A stretch of DNA of 64,000 nucleotides from Flavobacteriales bacterium (GTDB lineage: Bacteria; Bacteroidota; Bacteroidia; Palsa-965): contig JBEIPA010000004.1 in NCBI GenBank assembly GCA_040377305.1, positions 32,001 through 96,000 on the forward strand, given 5' to 3'. Positions 60,251 through 64,000 of this stretch are shown one piece after another. The notes below the pieces were generated by a model. The model saw nothing but the letters and a program-made list of their open reading frames with translations. It did not search any database and had not been told where the DNA came from. Each line of letters opens with the position of its first letter. The first letter of the stretch is position 1. The translations under genes were made by a program, and so were the position numbers.

Positions 60251-61411
60251 ATGACGAAAGAACTTAATGTTCTCATAGGTGCAGGATTCTCATTTAAGGC
60301 GGGACTACCGCTCGGAAATGACATTCGCGCGAGTTTTGATCGGCCACTACGCAATGAGCTTCTGAAGATGTCCTCGAGCGAATGGCTGTGGGCAGAACGC
60401 CAAGATCACGCCACGCAACACAACGGCAGATTGAACTACGATCACCTGGAGTACTCGTTTATCATGGAGGAAATAGTGAAAACGTACAAAGCGGCTTCGA
60501 ACGACGAATTCATAGATTACGAAGACTTTTATCAGTACGTAAAAGATAATACAGTTGTTGAGGGGTGGTACGAGGGAATCATTCAGACAGCAGAAGAAAG
60601 ATTCTACGCCGAAACAAATAGCAAACGAGATAGCGGATATGGAGGTTTTTCATTTAGACATCCGGAGAGATACCGACCACAAGAAATCATCAATCATTTG
60701 ATTTCTGATATGTTGTGGTCAAATAAAACAGACGATCAATTAGTTCAAGAGTATTATCCATTCGTCCAATTCTTGAAGAAGTATGAATCAGTTACCATCT
60801 TTACCCTTAACCATGACATGATACTTGAGCGCTTGTTCAGGCTTCTTGATATCCCATATTGCGATGGCTTTTCTACTGAAGGGTCCGAATTAAAGTATGG
60901 AGACAAATTTCTCCATAGTTTTCAGAATGATTTTTCATCGGCGAGAATAAAACTCGTGAAATTACATGGCAGTATTGACATGTATCTCTTTGAACACGGC
61001 ACCGAGCAGGGCGTGACTATGACCCGCGACGGTCACTATACTTATTTCAAACCTAAGGGGTACCACGAAAAACATCATGTGCAACGAGTTGATCTGAAGA
61101 CTGGTGAAACAGTTCAACATATGAATTTTGATGTCATTCCTAAGTTTATAACCGGTAAAAATAAATTGGCGTTCATACAGTCCGACTATATGTATTCGAA
61201 GTTGCACCAGATGTACCAACAGAATATACAATCAGGAAATGATTTATTGGTTATTGGATATTCCTATCGTGATGAGCACATGAACGCGGAGCTCAAAAAT
61301 TTTGATGTGGCAGGCACTCAGAATATCGTCAACGTCAATCCGGGAACTCAATTCCCATTTGACGCTCCAAGCATGAGGCAGATTTCCGATTTATCGGAAC
61401 TGCCCATATAA
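60251..61411 (+). CDS. SIR2-like (SIR2_2) domain protein
   Basis: LIGAGFS, FTLNHD, KLHGS and VIGYSYRDEH. Confidence 0.88.
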   Translation: MTKELNVLIGAGFSFKAGLPLGNDIRASFDRPLRNELLKMSSSEWLWAERQDHATQHNGRLNYDHLEYSFIMEEIVKTYKAASNDEFIDYEDFYQYVKDNTVVEGWYEGIIQTAEERFYAETNSKRDSGYGGFSFRHPERYRPQEIINHLISDMLWSNKTDDQLVQEYYPFVQFLKKYESVTIFTLNHDMILERLFRLLDIPYCDGFSTEGSELKYGDKFLHSFQNDFSSARIKLVKLHGSIDMYLFEHGTEQGVTMTRDGHYTYFKPKGYHEKHHVQRVDLKTGETVQHMNFDVIPKFITGKNKLAFIQSDYMYSKLHQMYQQNIQSGNDLLVIGYSYRDEHMNAELKNFDVAGTQNIVNVNPGTQFPFDAPSMRQISDLSELPI

Positions 61412-61427
61412 ACAAGCGAAACTCACA

Positions 61428-61456
61428 TTGACTTGAGGAGATGCACGGTATATACT
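61428..61456 (+). promoter_or_regulatory. Canonical sigma70-type promoter
   Basis: TTGACT-N17-TATACT. Confidence 0.6.
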
Positions 61457-61462
61457 TGATTT

Positions 61463-61676
61463 AGGTCAATTACAAATCAATATATACCCATTGCTCCCAA
61501 AGGAGCGTTCCGAAAGGAATCGAGTCAACAATGGATATTGCGATCGCATAGCCGCGCTTTAGATTTACTTTATCTGAGAATGTGCTATGCTTCCTCTCGT
61601 CCCCACGTAAGTAGGGACTAGTTTCTGGTCAAACAGAAATGAAAGCAATCTCCCGCTGTTGACTCGGCGGGTTTTT
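61463..61676 (+). ncRNA. Structured leader/ncRNA candidate ending in an intrinsic terminator
   Basis: Multiple hairpins with GNRA loops, a terminator at 61652-61676 and a 10-nt complement at 61521-61530. Confidence 0.6.
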
Positions 61677-61683
61677 GCGTTTT

Positions 61684-62616
61684 ATGAAAGTAAAAGAACT
61701 CTACCAAGCATTTATCTCAGATTGCGAATACAGTGGCCTCGCGCCAAGCACGACAGCAGAACATGCCGCGATGCTTAAAAGAATAATTATTCCGGCTCTC
61801 GGAGAACTTGAGCTAACTGAACTGCTTCCAATACATGTAAATGAGATTACACGCGTCGCTAAATCACATGCGAAGAGCGTGCACCGTCATGCTGTCCTTA
61901 CCTTCCGACGATTAATCCGACTCGCTAAAAAACATCGATGGCCGGTGGGCATAGAGACCGACGAAGTGGAGATACCGGTCTACAGACAACAAGCTGATGT
62001 CTGTGCGTGGTCAAAAAAAGACATCGCGCAGATCCGCGAGATATTGTCGCGCGACTACTCCAAAGAATTCAGCAAACATGTTCCTGCTCGAGAGCGGCTC
62101 GGACATCAGTTCGCAATGAGGCGAACGTCGTGTCTGTTTGAGGTGTTGTTACACTCCGGTATTCGACTATCGGAAGCGCTAAGCGTGAACACTAAGAATA
62201 TCAACTGGGAGAAGTCTGAAATGAGCGTCGAAGATTGTAAAGAACCAGGGAAGTGGAAAACCGTGTATCTGCACGGCGCACTTGAATCAATCCGCTCATA
62301 TCTTTCAATCCGCACGGACAGCGACCCTGCGCTTTTTGTCTCCATGCACGGGCAGCGTTTGTTATACAATACCGCGCAAACCACGCTCCGAAGAATCAAG
62401 GCGCGCCTCAGAAATGCCAATGAGCAAATTGGTGTGCTTAATCACAAGACCTGTCGTTCAACATTCATCACAACTCCGCTAAGGCAGGGAATAGACCCTA
62501 AGATCGTGCAGAGTTTAGCGCATCATGCGAGCCTGCACATGACGCTCAACTACTACTACCGAATCGATAAAGAAAAAGTAAAGCCAATACACGAAGAAAT
62601 CTTTTCCACACTTTAA
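61684..62616 (+). CDS. Tyrosine recombinase/integrase (Xer-like size, no arm-binding domain)
   Basis: Catalytic residues GIRLSE, K (DCKE), HKTCR, AHH and NYY. Confidence 0.92.
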   Translation: MKVKELYQAFISDCEYSGLAPSTTAEHAAMLKRIIIPALGELELTELLPIHVNEITRVAKSHAKSVHRHAVLTFRRLIRLAKKHRWPVGIETDEVEIPVYRQQADVCAWSKKDIAQIREILSRDYSKEFSKHVPARERLGHQFAMRRTSCLFEVLLHSGIRLSEALSVNTKNINWEKSEMSVEDCKEPGKWKTVYLHGALESIRSYLSIRTDSDPALFVSMHGQRLLYNTAQTTLRRIKARLRNANEQIGVLNHKTCRSTFITTPLRQGIDPKIVQSLAHHASLHMTLNYYYRIDKEKVKPIHEEIFSTL

Positions 62617-62689
62617 ATGGAATCGCAACTTGCATGCTTCGAAAAGGCATACTACAATCTTCTCAGCAACTTTTCACTCTCTAATCGTG

Positions 62690-62762
62690 AGCCACCTCGC
62701 GGGCTCGAACCGCGGACCTACTGTTTACAAAACAGTTGCTCTACCAACTGAGCTAAGGTGGC
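62690..62762 (-). tRNA. tRNA-Thr(UGU)
   Basis: GCCACCTTAGCTCAGTTGGTAGAGCAACTGTTTTGTAAACAGTAGGTCCGCGGTTCGAGCCCGCGAGGTGGCT folds into a cloverleaf with anticodon TGT; CCA is not encoded. Confidence 0.95.
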
Positions 62763-62907
62763 ACTATATCATCCTAACATCGTGTGTCTGCTTCTGCTAT
62801 GCGGAAATGTAAGCGAGACCACACGCTAAACAAAAGGGTGGTCTCGGTTCAAGAGAAGAGAAGTTGCTATGTCGAGCCCCATTATCAAACAATAACACAT
62901 TAAATAC

Positions 62908-63147
62908 ATGCGTCACTTCAACGTATGCTCTCGGTCCGACTATATCGACCAGAGAGACGGTAAGCGTAAATTCAAATGGCTTCTAGCGGGTCACATGCGA
63001 GTCACAGACGTAGGTGGGCACTACTTAGTGCTCAATCATCAGCCTAACGTGCAATTTGAGCTCTTTGAGCAGCGTATAGAACCAAGCAAAGATCAAGCGG
63101 TCGATGTTACCAACGATAACGACCGGGAAGATCCGGATGTCCACTAA
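62908..63147 (+). CDS. Small beta-rich mobile-element protein
   Basis: 79 aa with an AT-rich leader and an acidic tail. Confidence 0.6.
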   Translation: MRHFNVCSRSDYIDQRDGKRKFKWLLAGHMRVTDVGGHYLVLNHQPNVQFELFEQRIEPSKDQAVDVTNDNDREDPDVH

Positions 63148-63430
63148 TCGTATGACTGATTCGTCAATCTCCGCAGCCGAGTTCCTTCCCAGGTCGCAGC
63201 GTCGAGCGATCAATAAATTCCTACGGACACTCGATAAACGCACGACGCGTTGCTGTCCCGCGTGCTTCGATTGCCGTCTGAAAATTACTCATGCGGCGCT
63301 CCTACTCGCCCAAGAACATGCCCTCCACCAGGAATCATGACGACACCATCCGGACAAGGATTATTCGCTTGATCACTGAGCACAGCTTACTTGCAACGAG
63401 CAACAACGTTATCAACCTAAACTCATATAC

Positions 63431-63934
63431 ATGGAACAAACAGATGCTAACCGCACCCAGCAAAAGTGGCTCTATCAAAAGCTGCTAAAGATTATTCCCA
63501 ATCTGCCCGAACATTTGCAGATGGGCATTATTGAACTCGAAGGAAAAGTTGAAGGAGACAGAACCCTCGATTTCTTCATGAGCAACAAAGAATCTGATGA
63601 CGTCTATTATATCGCCCTCGAACAAAACGACGAGGTAAAGTATGAAACTCGACTCGTTACCAATATGGAAGTCCGCATTTCACTGTCCGAGCAAACAGCA
63701 ATCCCACTCGCATACAAGAACAGTTACGAAGACATGCGAATAGATTTGGATGATCAAGGAAACACTGAACCTCAACGCGAGCACAAGCAGGAAGTGTACA
63801 CGCTATTCAAAACATGGCTCAAGAGTCTCGATCATCGCGGCTACCGCCTCGCACCCGAAACTACTGCAAACTCGCAGGAACAATCAGGAAGGAAAATGCC
63901 GCACGATGTATCAAGCAGTGTGCATGAGCGCTGA
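63431..63934 (+). CDS. DUF1249/DUF6908-like protein, paralogue of 25271-25795
   Basis: Aligns by eye: LYQKLLKIIPNL vs IYKKLMQLIPGL; KVEG vs RVEG; WLKSL...GY vs WLSTL...GH. Confidence 0.7.
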   Translation: MEQTDANRTQQKWLYQKLLKIIPNLPEHLQMGIIELEGKVEGDRTLDFFMSNKESDDVYYIALEQNDEVKYETRLVTNMEVRISLSEQTAIPLAYKNSYEDMRIDLDDQGNTEPQREHKQEVYTLFKTWLKSLDHRGYRLAPETTANSQEQSGRKMPHDVSSSVHER

Positions 63935-64000
63935 TACCACCCTGCTCCCATTGCATAGCATTGCTCTTTTCCGTCAGACAAGCAATCGCATTCTTCGTGC

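Larger units (their letters stand above)
24798..64000. mobile_element. Integrative mobilisable element / defence island in tRNA-Asn; right end not in the window, possibly composite
   Basis: tRNA scar at the left end; coupling protein, relaxase, RadC, tyrosine recombinase and clustered defence-type genes. Confidence 0.85.

Noticed and set aside
61491-61498. TTGCTCCC in the integrase leader matches the att end at 24753-24760 (guide-RNA idea)
   Set aside because: An 8-nt match is expected by chance in 64 kb, and it lies within a stem.
62630-62812. 60-aa ORF after the integrase
   Set aside because: It is an antisense reading of tRNA-Thr.
1-64000. CRISPR array, rRNA genes or IS transposase
   Set aside because: I saw no regularly spaced repeats, rRNA signatures or DDE/HUH transposase ORFs.

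Overview
Bacteroidota chromosome window, judged from T9SS C-terminal sorting domains, lipoprotein signals and a TAnnTTTG-type promoter. Positions 1-24.7 kb are mostly core genes: a TIGR04255 triad at the left edge, sixA-ppk1-ppx, plsC, msrA, PrsW, an MFS transporter, a two-component system and T9SS cargo, with several palindromic intergenic repeats. At 24754-24797 the 3' half of tRNA-Asn marks an attachment site. Everything to its right looks like an integrative mobilisable element or defence island that runs past the window end. It carries a VirD4-like coupling protein, a MobC-like gene and a relaxase. Cargo includes a queuosine-precursor transporter / unknown enzyme / TIR operon, a Gabija-like OLD+UvrD pair with an extra small gene, a HEPN gene with an apparently nuclease-dead DUF262 gene, an NdpA / Kiwa-like / MBL four-gene operon, a PD-(D/E)XK nuclease, RadC behind a ~200-nt hairpin, a SIR2 protein, and a tyrosine recombinase with a highly structured leader converging on tRNA-Thr(UGU). 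The best candidates for undescribed biology are the transporter-enzyme-TIR operon, the integrase leader RNA with its terminator/antiterminator switch, and the HEPN + dead-HNH DUF262 pair. All family calls come from motif recognition by eye; no searches were run.
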